A program made the translations under genes and the position numbers. DNA of 64,000 nt, taken from NCBI RefSeq assembly GCF_006345805.1, contig NC_042998.1:119350001-119414000 (forward strand), read 5' to 3'. Positions 39,395 to 55,500 of this stretch are shown piece after piece. Under the pieces are notes generated by a model. That model searched no databases and was not told the origin of the DNA. It saw nothing but the letters and a program-made list of their open reading frames with translations. Position 1 is the first letter of the stretch, and each line of letters begins with the position of its first letter. Source of the DNA: Octopus sinensis (lineage: Eukaryota).

Positions 39395-39750
39395 CCTATT
39401 TGGTAGCAAGGTTATGAAGGACAGTATCTTGTTTTAAAATCCATCCCTTAAATCTTAAGGTCTTGTAGATTTTTATAGTCCAAAATATCGTGAATTCATA
39501 GAGCATGAATTAAGGATTTGCATTCTCTCTCCCAAATACCTAAGTTCAGCCATGCATTGCTCCAGACGAGTTGATATATATCTTCTTGCTCCGATAATAA
39601 TGGGGATGAAGTTGAGAGTGTATTTTGGGTACTAGATTTGCAAACTCCTTATCACTGGTTCATAGATACCCTCTTTCTCTTGTATTTTTCGAACCACATT
39701 GGTGTCCAGAGGGCAGCTGATTTCCACAACAGAACATATAATTTCTTTGT
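39395..39750 (-). pseudogene. Decayed RLE endonuclease fragment of an R4/Dong-type LINE
   Basis: CSVVEISCPLDTNVVRKIQEKEGIYEPVIRSLQI*YPKYTLNFIPIIIGA. Confidence 0.75.
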
Positions 39751-39764
39751 AGTTTCACATGTAT

Positions 39765-40335
39765 GCATGTATGTATGTCATTATTCAATTTATTTCAAGA
39801 TTTCTTGCCAATAGGGAAAAAACCGGCTTCTGACCCAGATCCAAGGCTCCTTCTCTGGAATTTCAACATCAACAACAGGGTATTTTCGTTTGTATGTATG
39901 TATGTATCCTCATGCTTATAGTTACATATCTAGACATGCTCATATACATTTAAATGATAAACTTCTGGAAAGTTTTGCAGATTTTTACAGTTCCAGTGAT
40001 GGATTGACTTCGAATTAGCTTTCTCGTTTCTGGTTTTGAGAAGCCTAATTTCTCAAGGTTGGTATTTAGGCAGTGTGTTACATATCCAAGGACCCCAATA
40101 ATTACAGGTATAAACCTGACCTTGTAATCTGGATAGAATAACTGCAGATTTCTCAATAGTTCAGCATAGATGTTCTCTTTTTCACTGATCTTCAGCTTTA
40201 TGTTGAGATCCGCTGGGCTGCTAATTTCCATAACTGTGTACAGTTTCTCTTCTCTATCCCAAATCATTATATCAGGTCTGTTGTGCTTACATTTTATTGA
40301 GCTCTTCGCCGGTACATCCCACCAGTATTCGTTTT
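39765..40335 (-). mobile_element. R4/Dong-type LINE 3' end (RLE domain plus 3' UTR)
   Basis: EYWWDVP..KHNRPDIMIWD..VMEISSPAD..FIPVIIGVLG; flanked by (CATA)n. Confidence 0.85.
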
Positions 40336-40976
40336 TATGTGTGTGTGTATGTATGTATGTATGTATGTATGTATGTATGTATGTATGTATGTATGTATGT
40401 ATGTATGTATGCATGCATGCATGTATGTATATATAGATACCCTCAGTTGATGTAAATTTGGAAATCAGTGAACGAAAAGTTACTTAACTTAAAAGCACAT
40501 GAATTAAATTATTCATTATAACAACGTTTAAAAAAAACGTATTCAACTTTCTTTTTTGCATATAACGAGCTAAAAAATATACAAGAATGTGGGTGGTAGT
40601 CTGTGATTCATAAAAATACAAAGTTGAAGAATTTTATAAACTAACATAAATTCGAGTGAGTTAGATAGAGGTTAGATTTTGTGTTTCCGGCAGGCCTCTC
40701 CTTCGAAGAAAATTTCACTTGTTGCCCTATCCCTTAGCAGTAATCATAATTCAAATGCACCATATTCATGGCTGTTTTCATTCCACCCCCAACAGCAAAC
40801 TGTTCTGAGAAAACAAATGCCAGTTAAGATAAGCTTAGCAAGAATATAAATTGTTCAAACAGGATACATTTTTATCATAAAGTTTTGATAACATAATTAT
40901 ATAATATTATAAATCATTCCGAAAATTAATGCATTTCTCTTGCTTAAATAAAGTTTCCTATTTCTGAATATATGTA

Positions 40977-41079
<103 letters not shown>

Positions 41080-41123
41080 TGTATATATAAATATGTATAT
41101 GTTTCCTATTTCTGTATATGTGT

Positions 41124-41160
<37 letters not shown>

Positions 41161-41180
41161 TGAGAGAGAGATACACATAT

Positions 41181-41331
41181 ATGGCTGTGTGATAAAAAGT
41201 TTGCTACATGGTTCCGGGTTCAATCCAACTGCATGACACTTTGGGTCCTCTACTATAGCCTCGCGCCGACCAAAGCCTTGTGAGTGGATTTGGTAGATGA
41301 AAACTGAAAGAAGGCTGTCGTATATGTGTGT

Positions 41332-41407
<76 letters not shown>

Positions 41408-41600
41408 GTCACTCACAATCGCTTGATAACCGATGCTGGTGTGTTTATGTCCCCATAACGGTTCTGCAAAATATACCGATAGAATAAGTACCAAGATTAC
41501 AAAGAATAAGTTCTGGGGTCGATGTGTTCGACAAAAGGCAGTGCTCCTGTGTGGCCACAGTCAAATGACTGAAACAAGTAAAAGAATAAAAGAATAAAAG
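41181..41600 (+). mobile_element. SINE family 1
   Basis: Head, body and tail recognisable. Confidence 0.88.
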
Positions 41601-42485
41601 GAATGAGTGTATGTACGTATTTAAGGCATTTACGAACGTTTATATATGTGTGTGCGCGTTTGTATGTGTATGATTATACAGAGAGAGAGAGTGAGTGAGC
41701 AAAGGACAGACAAAGGCATATGTGTATAGGATGATGTGCACGTGTGTGTGCATGTGCGTGTGTATGTATGATTATATTTTTATTTTCATTATCATCATCG
41801 TCGTCATCATCATCATCATCTTCATCATCATCTTTATGGTGATACTGTTTTATTGTTTTTGCCCTTCATATTACAAGCAGAAACTTCTTAGATCATTACA
41901 CTTAACGACTGCACAAAAACCACAAGCTTCAAATTTTAATAAATTATGCAAACACCGCTTCTTTGTGTGCATTTAAAACACGTTCCCCGATCGACATACT
42001 CTCATACACACGCAATCAATAATATTTACATACAGATATTGATAATACATACAGGTACATGTATCAAACATACACATATATATATGTATGTGTGTATGTA
42101 TGCGTGCATATATATATATGTGTGTGTCTATCCACATATATGTATGTATACATGTATTTATGTATTATGTATGCTTCACCCAAAATCGAGAGAACTCCGA
42201 CTCATTAAAAAATTCATACATAATGTCTTAGCATATTCTATTATGAATTATACATGATTTAGAATTTTACATAATACAAAGATATATTGAAACAACTGCG
42301 CATTTCTTTTTTCAGGAACTTTCAATAAGCAACATTTCTAATCAAGCTGCCTTACAAATCATTAATGGCTAACTTCATCTTCTACTGGTAGGAAAACTTC
42401 CGAAGAAATTTTACTTCATTTAATTTCAGTAATTCTATTTCTCCCTAATCTCATTTTTCTTCGCTTTCGTCTTTGTTGTTTACTC

Positions 42486-42553
<68 letters not shown>

Positions 42554-42950
42554 TTTCTGTAGAAACCGATTCAACACCAGCATATTCTAGCACATATGCG
42601 ACATATATACATGGTTGTGGCGGAGGTTAATGTTTGTTGCCGATATTACGTAATACAGATTAAATTTCATCTGCTTTTTTTCTTGTAAGTCAATGTATTT
42701 GAACTATTTTTAAACTACTGGCCATGATGAGAGTTTTCTTTTTGTTTTGTAGTTTTTTTTGTTTTTTGCCAGTTCTTATTGAATCGGCTGTAGGAGACAA
42801 TAATATCTATAGCTCTTCATTTGTCTTTCTTGTCATCAATCTCTCGTTTAAAGTTCAGATTAGAAGACTCTCTTGAGAAGTCGGTCGTCGCTTCTACGTA
42901 TAAGGTACATACATATATATATATACTTCCATTCATACATTGATAGATAT

Positions 42951-43025
<75 letters not shown>

Positions 43026-43460
43026 CATACATACATACATACATACAAACATGCATGCATACATACATACATACATACATACATACATACATACATACAT
43101 ACCAAAAGAGATAGATTTCTTGTAATTCTGTTCATTTTGGTGTTAAATTCGTTATCATTTCTTTTAACAAAATCCATTGGTTTCAATTTAGAGTCTACAA
43201 CTGCTAGAAACACCGTAATCTCAGTGCTGATGACCTGAATATCTATGGTAAAAATGTTTGCAATGGCAAAAAATAGCTACAGTTAAAAACAATTTTTTCA
43301 GTTGACACAGGAATGGAATTTAGTCATTAGAGTTCGTATTTGATTACTGAACGTGAAAAATCAGTCTCCCGAATCCAAAACTTGGACATTCGACGGTCTT
43401 TCTACCTCTTCTGTTCCACACAAAGTGTGTTACCTAGGCATTAGTGAAAATATATTATAA

Positions 43461-43892
<432 letters not shown>

Positions 43893-43919
43893 GAGAATAT
43901 GAAAGTGCAGTGACCAAAG

Positions 43920-45170
43920 AGTGACCCCAAAATATTACCCCAGACTTAGAAATATGTGGCAATCGGTGCTCTCTTCTTACCACAAGACAATATCCCATAA
44001 TGCATTTGTACCAGCAATGATAGCAACATTTGAGATATTTGACTGTTCTGCAGAGGAAATCCACTTCAAATACATTACAACCAGCAAGATCCTGACGGTG
44101 TACTTAAGAAGGGACGATCGAGGTAGAGGCTTAAGACCAGTGTTTTAAGACAGCCGTCGAATGTCATTTAGTCACGCAGACAGCACCTGTTAAACAATAG
44201 AAGCAATAAAAATATATAAACCTAGTGCTGAATAACAAAGAGAACAGCATCCTACGAGTTGTCAGTACTCTCTTCCTGACGACAGTCTCAAAACAGCTGG
44301 ACTAATATACAGTCTCATATAATCCCAGAAGAGCTGGAGTAACATACCCCAAAGAAAGGCCAGGATATGTAACGCTTGACACATCAAAAAAAAACGCTAT
44401 GCATAAATATATTCTACAAAGACATGAAAATAGCACCAATATCAACATGAGTACAATATATCTTGGACGAGCCACCACCATATCACATCAGATTTTTGAA
44501 AAGTATGCGTTTGCAGTTCAAGAGTAGGAGACTGCGACAAAATATCTCATAAATAAAAGAGACAGTGAAGCCTTTAGTATCCCATGATTCAACCGAAAAT
44601 GTCGATTATGTTACATTGCAATGGAAGATATCCCACATGATCAGTAACTGCCCAAAAATGTCATCAAGGTATTACTTCCCAATGCATCATGACGTTGTCG
44701 CTAAAACAATACACAATGCTACCAAAGAAAAATGGCTGTCCTAGGATAGCTATCATGAATCTTGTTATTGGATACATACATAAATATCAACACTAGGAAT
44801 ATAGGTGGAACATTCCCTTTAAATCTTCTACCTAATGCAAACATAACGGGCGGACATAGTTGTTTGTGGGAGACAAGAAAAGTATGTACCGTAATAGAGG
44901 TCAGCTTCCACACTGAAAACCAAAGGAAAAGAGGATAACCACAGGCAACCGCTTGGAAACCTTCAGCTTCTATACGCAGATTATAAATTCATATTTATAC
45001 TAATAATAATTGCTGTATTTGGATTTGTAAGTATGTGTTTGAGTGACAGTTTGGAAAAGTTAGGCTTTTCAAAATAAAACACCATCTTACGAATTGTACT
45101 TGTAATACAAATGAAATCTGTAGGTAGAATAGTAAAAGTATGAGAGACGTTTTTCAAGTTCTACATGTAA
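43920..45170 (+). pseudogene. Decayed R4/Dong-type LINE 3' portion (RT C-terminus, CCHC knuckle, RLE)
   Basis: YLRRDDRGRGL; YAFAVQE; KCRLC..ED..H...CPKMSSRYYFPMHHDVVAKTI; NLQLLYADYKF..LEKLGFSK, homologous to ORF 39950-40414. Confidence 0.8.
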
Positions 45171-45293
45171 GATTTTTTTTATTATCTACATTCCAATAAC
45201 GGATCTTTTCTTGATTAGAAACCAGCTCCTTCTTTACAAGAAGAATTCAAATAATTAAAAATTGAATAGGACATTGATACATGCACACACACA

Positions 45294-45334
<41 letters not shown>

Positions 45335-45614
45335 AACACACACACACAAACAACAAGAGCAAGAGAGCATAGAAAATAAAAAGAGGAAGATGAAATTGCA
45401 AGAAATAGCAGGCAAATCTCTCAAATTATTTCTTAAAAAGCAAATGGCCAATATGTATGTACGATGTACGACGCAAATATGAATGTATCTATGTATGGTT
45501 CTATGCGCATGAGTGTATATATATACATAGTGAGAATTTACAAAAAAAAAAGACGAACACGGGTGTGTAATCAACAAACAGATGTATTAGTTTAACACTC
45601 GGGAAGTGAGAAAG

Positions 45615-45652
45615 CCTTTTACATTTCGAGCCTACGCTCTTCGACAAAAAGG
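45615..45652 (-). ncRNA. Degenerate minimal hammerhead-like motif (UUGUCGAA core)
   Basis: ccttt-ttgtcgaa-gagc gtag gctc-gaaa-tgt-a-aaagg; stems intact, core deviates at positions 3 and 6. Confidence 0.45.
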
Positions 45653-45904
45653 AACACAGAAATAAACAGGGAAAGAAAATAGAAAAGGTTTAGTGGCTAG
45701 CGGTCTATCATGGTGAATGCCGGACAGAGGGGTCACACAGGAGAGCTAGGAAGAAGGAGCGATAATAAAGTAATGGTGATCCCAAAATGAAGGTGTGCGT
45801 GCGTGTGTATGTGAGATCATGTATGTGCGTATGAAAATGGGCTGGTGACCTTGACGTGTTTGTGTGTGTGTGTGTGTGTGTAGTAATTTTGGGAGCTGTA
45901 CTTT

Positions 45905-46318
45905 TGTGATCCTTTCTAAAAATTCGCGTAAGAGTCCGACTGTCCCTACTTGAAAGTTTCAGTTTTCTTCCGGAATTTTGTGGAGGTTTTTCCCTCTATC
46001 ACAAAGCTGTCATTACTTTCGAGACAGTACTTCTTGATACATCAAACATTTCGGCTGTTTTCGTTACACTAGCACCTGCCATATGAGCACCAACAATTTG
46101 ACCTCTTTGAAAGTCCAATAGATCTGTCATTTTAATGAATTTTAATTACCTTTTTCTGGTGATATCTGAAAAGAAACAGAAATTTTATCAAAACATATTA
46201 AGCAACAGTAATAATAAATCAAAAACATAAAAATAAGCAAGCTTTTGACGTTACTATAGATATTTCAAAATTATGATGCTATGATGCTAAGTGTTTCCAT
46301 TATTTTGTCCAACCCCTG
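45905..46318 (-). mobile_element. Tc1/mariner left end with transposase N-terminal remnant
   Basis: TA followed by TIR caggggttggacaaaataatggaaac; ATG at 46130: [42 protein letters not shown], then stops. Confidence 0.85.
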
Positions 46319-46707
46319 TATATAAAGGTGTCTCATTTTTTCCGTTTCTTGTCTTTTTATGTATGTATGTATAAATATATAAACCATAAAATGTCAGGAG
46401 ATATGAAAAGTGCGTATATTTACTTAACCTCTTTTCATCCTTAGGATTACGGCCGTTTCGCAGCCGTCTTGTAATAATAATTTTAGAGTATAATAAATTG
46501 TTTACATGTCTGCACTAATATGCATAACACAATAATATTGTTAACTGAGTCCGTTAGAGAAGATTTCTGTGGTAGACACACGATTCTATGAAACCATATA
46601 TTACACTACAAAAGTGTATGTGTGTGTATGTATGTATGTATGTATGTATGTATGTATGTATGTATGTATGCATGCATGCATGTATGTGTGTGCATTATAT
46701 ATGTATA

Positions 46708-46753
<46 letters not shown>

Positions 46754-47903
46754 CGTATGTCGTTTATTTCAGATTTATTTAAATTATTCTTTGCAGAATC
46801 CCAACAAATTACATTGCATATACTCAAAAACAAAGAAAAGTAGCCATTTTTTATACCTTAAAAATGACAGATATCCTCTAAAAACAAGTACAGAGTATTT
46901 ACGACCTAAATGTACCGTTGGGCGTGGTTACTGGTCTCCTCGCCCAAGGTTGGGATATAGGTGAAACAGCAACAGCAGCAACAACAACCACAACAACAAT
47001 AACAAAAACAAAAATAAAACCAACGAAAGCAAAAACAATGTTATTAAATATATTTGGAGCACAAATTTTTGCTTTTGTATAAGAAGAATTCTATATAACG
47101 AGAATGTCCCGGAGACTGTATTTGTTGTCTACTATATTTAAGATAAATCAGCCAGCGAATGAAAATCAACCAATCAGATTGCTTTGACTCTATCCTTATC
47201 TTTGGCTAAACTTCTGTTCTTTGTGAAATGCAGTTATCAGGAAATCTCATAGAATGGCATCTCTATTTCTATTACATATGCATTTATATATAAGAATGCA
47301 TGGAACAAGATATGTAAGGATGTATATGTGTATTTATGTTTTATGCATGTATGTGTATGTGTGAGTACAGTGCGTATGTATACATATAATGCATGTTTGT
47401 ACAAAGTATATATGCATACATACATATGGATATGTACACATACACACGTGTGTGATATATGTGTGTACATGTGTATGTATGCGTTTATATATAATATATA
47501 TGCACATGTGTGTATATATATATAATATTATATATATATGTGTATATATATACATAAATATATATACTTACACACACACACACACACATATACATATATG
47601 TATGTATGTGCATGTGTATGTGTGTATGTTCATGTCTGTGGGAATGCATGATGCTCATATATGTGCGTGTATACTTGTGCAAGTATATATGTGTGAATGT
47701 ATAAGTTATGTATATATTTACTTATCTTTTTCTTCGAGATTTACTAAAGTTCTTCGCAGATTTCAATATGGTCAGCAAGAAAATGACAAGACATCTTTCA
47801 ATTAAGACAGTTCTAAGTAATTGTGAATACGTGAATGTGAGTTAAAGCGTATGTACTTATCAATTTATGTGTTGATATATATGTAGGCGTGTATATATAT
47901 ATA

Positions 47904-48335
<432 letters not shown>

Positions 48336-48878
48336 TACTGATATAATAGAAGTACACATCTTTAACATTCATATGTGTATGTATGTGTGAAAGAGAGAGA
48401 GAGAGAGACAGATAGACAGAGAGACTGTGTGTATAAGGTCATTCCATGAAAGTCAAATGAAACTTTTAAAACTCTCACTGCATCACAAATCGATTGGATT
48501 CGTAGGACGGGAAGCAGATAGCATTATTCTTTCATGAAAATTCCCAACGTTTCCAAGCTTTCTTTTAAACCTGCTGTTACTTAATCCAGTATACCTATGA
48601 GAATCTATGGTCCGGATATAAGAGCTATAAGTTCTGTATTAATTCACCATAGATGTTCTAATTTGTTAGCGTTAAATTATTGTTTTTATTACAATGAACC
48701 ACCGGTATTCCTTATTTTTTAAGGTGTAAACACGCTCTGATCCGGTTCTGTAGCAACTCTGCCAGTTCCATCACTCAAGTTTTGATATTGCAGTGGAATA
48801 TTTTAAGATTGTTTAAAAAAGTTAGACAGAAGCTGTTGTCAGCAAGTTCTCATTTCTTATCATCATCATCACCAACGA

Positions 48879-48910
<32 letters not shown>

Positions 48911-48926
48911 ACAACAACAGCAACAA

Positions 48927-48979
<53 letters not shown>

Positions 48980-51922
48980 ACAACAACAGCAACAGCATCA
49001 TCGTCATCGTCATCATCATCATCAACATCATCATCAGCAGCAGCAGCACCATCATCATTACCATCATCATCACATTCATCATCATCATCACATTCGTCAT
49101 CATCATCACATTCATCATCATCATTATCATCTTTTCAATACAATAAACCCATGAGTTCTTCCAGTCCGGTGTACAGTCCTAACAAGAAAGAAGCTGATGT
49201 GAGTAAACATATCCTCTAAATGTCGAATACAAATAAGTGAAATCCCCGACATTAACGAGATTGCACCAGCACTGTACTCACATCCTTATTTGAAATATTT
49301 TTCCTGACAGAATTGGTTGTGGTATGAATGGAATTTTGTCTCAGTAGCCCTATGATCACAGTTTTCCTCCCAGGATTGCCACGTTTATATTTTCATATGA
49401 TCTATCTAGGATAGCATCAGCAGAGTGTAGAAACTGACCAATGACCTAATCAAGGATGACCTCCTTTAGGTGAGCACTGTAACAAGTGAAGTATGGCGGG
49501 TGAAGTTTTCTTGGTAGTGTCTAAGATATCCAGTGTTGCCCACATGCCAATTCATAATCAAGAAACCTACCCATGAAAGAGTAAAATGTGCATGACCTTC
49601 CAGATGGAAAGCATGTGAAATATGCATGAGCGTAGTTTTGAATTCAGAAAGTCAAATTGCCATTAATTTTTAGGAAAGCTTTACTTCTACATTCTTACCA
49701 GGGAGAGGTAATATCGGTTGGGGATCTTGACAAGACTAAGACTGGTGAAAATATGCAATTATAGCCCCAATACTGTACTCATGACTATACGATTAAAGAT
49801 TTTGCTTTGAAACCACGTTGTATCACATCTATTGCACATTATTTGTCATGAGAAGGGAATGAATGAAGCCTAATGCGGCAATGGAACGGCATTTAATTTC
49901 CCAATCCAGGATAATTAAATGCTAAACTCGAACAAATGTAATTTAAACTCAGACTGAAAAGGAATGTAAGTTAATATTGAAAAGAGAGATATAAGAAAAC
50001 TTACCAAACTAAAATGTTCACAATTTTCCTGTGAAGAATTATGACATTTGATGCTAGCGTAAAAATTATTCTCTATTCACAGGTGTTCTATTTGAGGTTA
50101 AACTTACATTAGCCATTACATTGTATGGAGAAAAAAAAGCGTAATTTATCAGTGGATGTCATTCAATGGCACTTCTGATTAATATTTCTAAATATGCACT
50201 AATTATTTACTATTCAGAGCTAAATGCATGTAATCAATGTGATATCTATTTGTTAAAGCTTGTATTTATTACTGAAATATTAATTCTACCAGGTGTGTTG
50301 CCATTCATATTTGATTTGTCTGTTGTCGTCATTATGAACATGTGATGAATGTCAATTAATTTAGATATTAAAAAGTTGTTTATAACCTCTCTCGTTTTTA
50401 ATTTTTTTCTTTTTCAAATAATAATCATGTTGGAAGATACTCATATTTAACAGTTTAGTGACAGTAATAATCATTACTTACGATGGTGGTTTTCAGTGGC
50501 AATAATTTTTTCGATCAATAACAAACATAAAGTAACATGCATGATTGATAATTGTAATAGTTGGAACCACAGACGACCAGAATATAGTCTACACAAATTT
50601 TCAGTGATCAGTTTTACTTATTTTGAGCACCGGATTGTGCATATATTTTGATATATGTATCACCAGATGTATTTTTGTTCGTGGCAGGCACTTTAAGAAG
50701 CCTTTGCATTTTTATGTAATACTACTCATATGTGTGTGTGTGTGTGTGTGTATAGATATATATATACATATATATATATTTGTATCCATGTATATGTATA
50801 CACATATACATATGTATGTATACACATACACACATATGTGTGTGTATATATATATATACACACACACATACGCGCAATCCGTTGATGTTCTTTGTTAATG
50901 CTCTGAGATAATATTTTCGTTCCATCTACAAAATATTTGTCAGAATTACTAACGTGTTCGGGGTCTTATTTATCTATACGTGAATACCTACGTGCGCGCT
51001 TATAATGTGTGCGCATGCGTGCGTGCGTGTGTGTGTGTGTGTTGTGTGTGTGTGTGTGTGTGTGTACATTAAAGCTTATAAACAAATTGCTTGTACATAT
51101 ATTCCAGATCTCGAAGTTATTTACATACAAAATCATTTGTGGAGATTAGAAATCTTATAATCATAAAGAAACGTGTGTTTGTAAATCGAAATGTCAGAAG
51201 CGGAACAACAAAAAGTGTGTAACGCAACCATACTTACAACCATTCTCGGAGATTACATGCGAAGAGATTGACTTTAAAAGTGACCCCTTTTCGTTAGTAA
51301 GAAGCGAGATATGAAATTAAATCCTGCAATATATGCTTATATTTTATTGACTTATGGTTGTGTATAGCACAACGGCGCTCAATATATAGAAACATAGCTA
51401 ATTTGAAAGTGTATTCAGTTAAATATTTGAAAATACTGGAAATAACATAAGCGATATATTTAAATATTTTAAATATATCAAAATAGAAAGCGTTGTGATT
51501 TTAAAATTCTTAAATAAATTAAATGTATAACATATTGCATGACCTGCGAAATTCAGTCACAAGCTATTGATCGACTCGGGTGAGAAGTGGGTCTGAGCCC
51601 GAAACCAAACAGCCACGTCTTCATCTATACAAACGCTGCTTTCACTGAAATATCAAATACAAAAGAAAAGTGGAATGCGAAATCAAATTATAGAATTCCG
51701 TAACTAAAATATTATTACTTATTTAAACAGATGGTCCGCTATCTTCGTCATCTCACACAAGCATCTTATATTACTAATAAATATGTGTCTGTTTATGACA
51801 TCTGCTTCAATGTTGTGAACAGATTGCAGACTTAAGAATAACTTGATAGATCACAATTGTGATTATGAAGTCAATAAAAAAAAACTATTTGAATAACTTA
51901 CAATAATAAATAATTACAAAGT

Positions 51923-52191
51923 TATCTTTTATCTTTTATCTTTCACTTGTTTCAGTCATTAGATTGCGGCCAAGCTGGGGTACCGCATTGAAATTTTAGT
52001 CGAATGAATCGACTCCAGCACTTCTGGTTTAAGCTTGGTACTATTGTATAAGTCTTTTTTGCTGAAAGGTTCAGCTGCAGGGATGCAGGCACACCAACAC
52101 CGATTGTCATACGGTGCGGGGACTAACACAAAGACACACACATAGATATATATATACACATACATACATGCATACATACATACAGACAGCC

Positions 52192-52288
<97 letters not shown>

Positions 52289-52366
52289 TAGATAGATAGA
52301 TAGATAGATGGATACATACATACATACATACATACATACATACATACATACATACATACATAGCGC

Positions 52367-52454
<88 letters not shown>

Positions 52455-52576
52455 TTCGACTTCTTTCATTTTCCGTCTGCCAAATCCACACACTAGGCTT
52501 TGGTCGGCTCGAGACTATAGTAGAATACACTTGCCCAAGGTACCACGCCGTGAGACTGAACACACAGCTACGCCTT
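51923..52576 (-). mobile_element. SINE family 1 with long internal microsatellite
   Basis: Tail cttgtttcagtcattagattgcggcc; head gtgagactgaa..cacacagctacgcc. Confidence 0.8.
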
Positions 52577-55500
52577 ATGAAAATACAGCCAAAAAAATGC
52601 GATGGTTTGCTCTTGGCACTGTGATTGTTGTTGTTATTGTTGTTGTTGTTGTTGTTGTTGCTGCTGCTGCTGCTGCTGCTTATTCGTAGGCAAATGCTGG
52701 TCGATTAGAGGCATCTTGGTTGATAATCTTTCCATCTTTTTTAGGATTACGTAACTCTACAGTATCAAATCTGTCCCTCCCTTAGTAGTTCGAGGGGTCT
52801 TTGACTACTAATTTTAGCAAGTTAAAAGACCATTTATAATTTGCTTCTTCGACTCGATATATGTTTTGGGTTTAAGGTGTCATTTCAGCCTCATGCAACT
52901 AACAGAATGTCAAAAGACTTGATCTACCTGAACTGCTAAAAACCGTTTTAAATACTGGCAGAAAATGCAAAACTTCAAAGATTTCATTTTGGAACTGATA
53001 TTACCTGTTTTACTAATGCAATGATTCAACTTTTGATCTATATTCCCAATCTTAAGTTCTATGGTTTACTTTTGATATATTTCTTTGATGATTCTAAAGT
53101 TTCCTGCTGATCGAAGACTGCTATTTTAAGAGTTAGTGTTTTTTTAGGTTTATTAGTTTTTTTTGTGTGTGTATGTGTGTACGTGTGTACGTGTGTGTGT
53201 GTGTGTGTGTGAAAGAAATGATGATAACTCAAAACAAAGAGAAATATATACTGTTTCTTTCCACGATTTATTCTGCGGCAACGATCGAGATAATAGAAAT
53301 GGTATATATATATATTTTTTATATATGTATTTTTTTTATGGTTTCATATCAGAAAGACAAATGGTTTGTTGTCGACAAAAGGTAAACTGTATTGATTGCT
53401 GGAAACGAGTAGATCATAGAAGGAAAATAGATTTATAAAGTGTTTCAGTAAAAAAAAAAAAAAAGAATATATACCAAAGAAAAAAAATAAGGATGAAAAA
53501 ATAAACTGAAGAGATAATAGAAATAAAACAAAAAGATAAACTGATGCAAAAAAAATAGTAAAGCATAATTGTGATGAAGAAAGTAACGACCGAAGAAAAT
53601 ATAAAAAGTGAGACAACGGGTAAAGAATAAGAACAAGGGAAAAAACAAAGAGCGATTGAAAAAACAATGGTTAGAATTGTCGTTGTGGTGGTCGTGGTGG
53701 TCGTCGTAGTGGTGATGGTGAAGTTGTTGTGCTCGTTGTTGCTGGTGATTGTGGTATTGTTGCTGCTGATGTTCTTGTGGTCGTCGTGATTGTTGTTGTT
53801 GTTGTTGTTGTTGTTGCTGCTGTCGTTGTTTTTTGTGGTGGTGGTGGTGGTGGTGGTGGTGCTATTGTTGTTGTGTGCAATTGTAGTTGTTATAAGTGCT
53901 GATTGTGATGGTATACCACAGACTGAATGATGTCTCTCAGTAATCTCTCTTCAAATCCCATTTTATCTCTCATCTTTCTGATTTATATAATATCATTACC
54001 AGTAATATACTGTGTATTCATTCAATCTCTTTCTCTATTTCTCACTGAATTTCATTTAATCGATTTGTACTTAACTGCAAAACATCAACGTCTGATAAGA
54101 GAAACAAAGAAGAACTGAAACAAAGGATCTCTTTTTAAAATGACAAAGTCAGAAGGAAGAGAAGATTATGGAATAAAGGACGAAGAATGAAGAACAATCT
54201 TTTGGAAAATGAAAAAAAAATAAATAGAAATCAAAGAATGGAGTAAGGAAATAATATTAGAAGAAAAGAAGGAAAAAAGATTGGAAAGTGTGCAGAAAGG
54301 ATAGATTGATAACGGACGGATAGATAGAGAAAGATAGATGTTTGTATGTGTGTGTGTGAGTATATATATATTATACGTGTGTGAGTGTCTGTGTATTTGC
54401 ATGTATCTATATATCTTATATACCTGTATATATGTAGCTTGCATGTATGTATGAATGTATGTATGTATAAATGTATGTATTCATATATGTATTATGTATG
54501 TATGTATGTATGTATGTAAGTATGTATGTATGTATGTATGCATGTATGAATGTATGCATGTGTGCTTATATAGATATATATATAATATATATGTGTATGT
54601 ATATGCATGTATATAAATGATGCATACATGCAAGAGAGAGACAAACAGACAGACAGATAGATGAGAAGCAGAAATAAAAGTTAAGGTAAAATAAAAATAT
54701 TAAGCATATATATAACAAAGAGAGAGATTCAGATATTACCAGCATCATTGCAATTAATGTTTTAGACTGGAGACTATTTCTACCGGCTTCCACAGCCTAT
54801 ATTCAAACCAAGAACATAGATGATTAATGGTTTTTCAGTGATTTCAAAGAGTTCTTAGTCATTTCTTTTGGTTTTTATTTTCTACACAAACACAAACTAA
54901 AACAGCTTTCTCTAAACATTTCTTTTCCCCAATGATTTATATTCTGTAGTGTTTTATTTTCCTTGTGACTAACATTTTTTCCCAATTTCCGCTCAACAAT
55001 TCGTATAGCATTGCTTATTTTTTTACTTTCTATATTTCTGTTTATTTTCGGTTTGTCATTTACAAGTGGAGAAAACAATTCTGATTGTTGACGAGACAAC
55101 TTCTATTTCACCCTTCTATTAATCTAAGTGGGTGACGAGGATATTATTTCTTGGAGTTGTTTATAGAATATTTGACACATTCGCACTCACGCATACTCAC
55201 ACACTCACACGCTCGCATTAATATACACACATATACGGATACACACGTACACTAGTGTGCGTGTGTGTATGTGTGGATGTGCCGCACACGTACGCGTTTG
55301 TATGCTATGTATTGGAGAGCATATATGCATGCATATATGAACGAATGCATGCATGTATGTAAGTATATATATGTGTGTGTGTTGGGAAGGGGCGTGTGCA
55401 TGTACATTCATACACACACACACACGCACACACTCACATACATATATATGTATGTATATATACATAGATTTTGATGTCTATGTGTGTGTGTGCGTACCTG

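Noticed and set aside
51150-51320. Strong minus-strand GTAAGT donor with an upstream acceptor
   Set aside because: All three frames contain stops; a UTR exon cannot be supported from sequence alone
51575-51625. gggtctgagcccgaaacc hairpin plus GAAA
   Set aside because: No valid core or stem I
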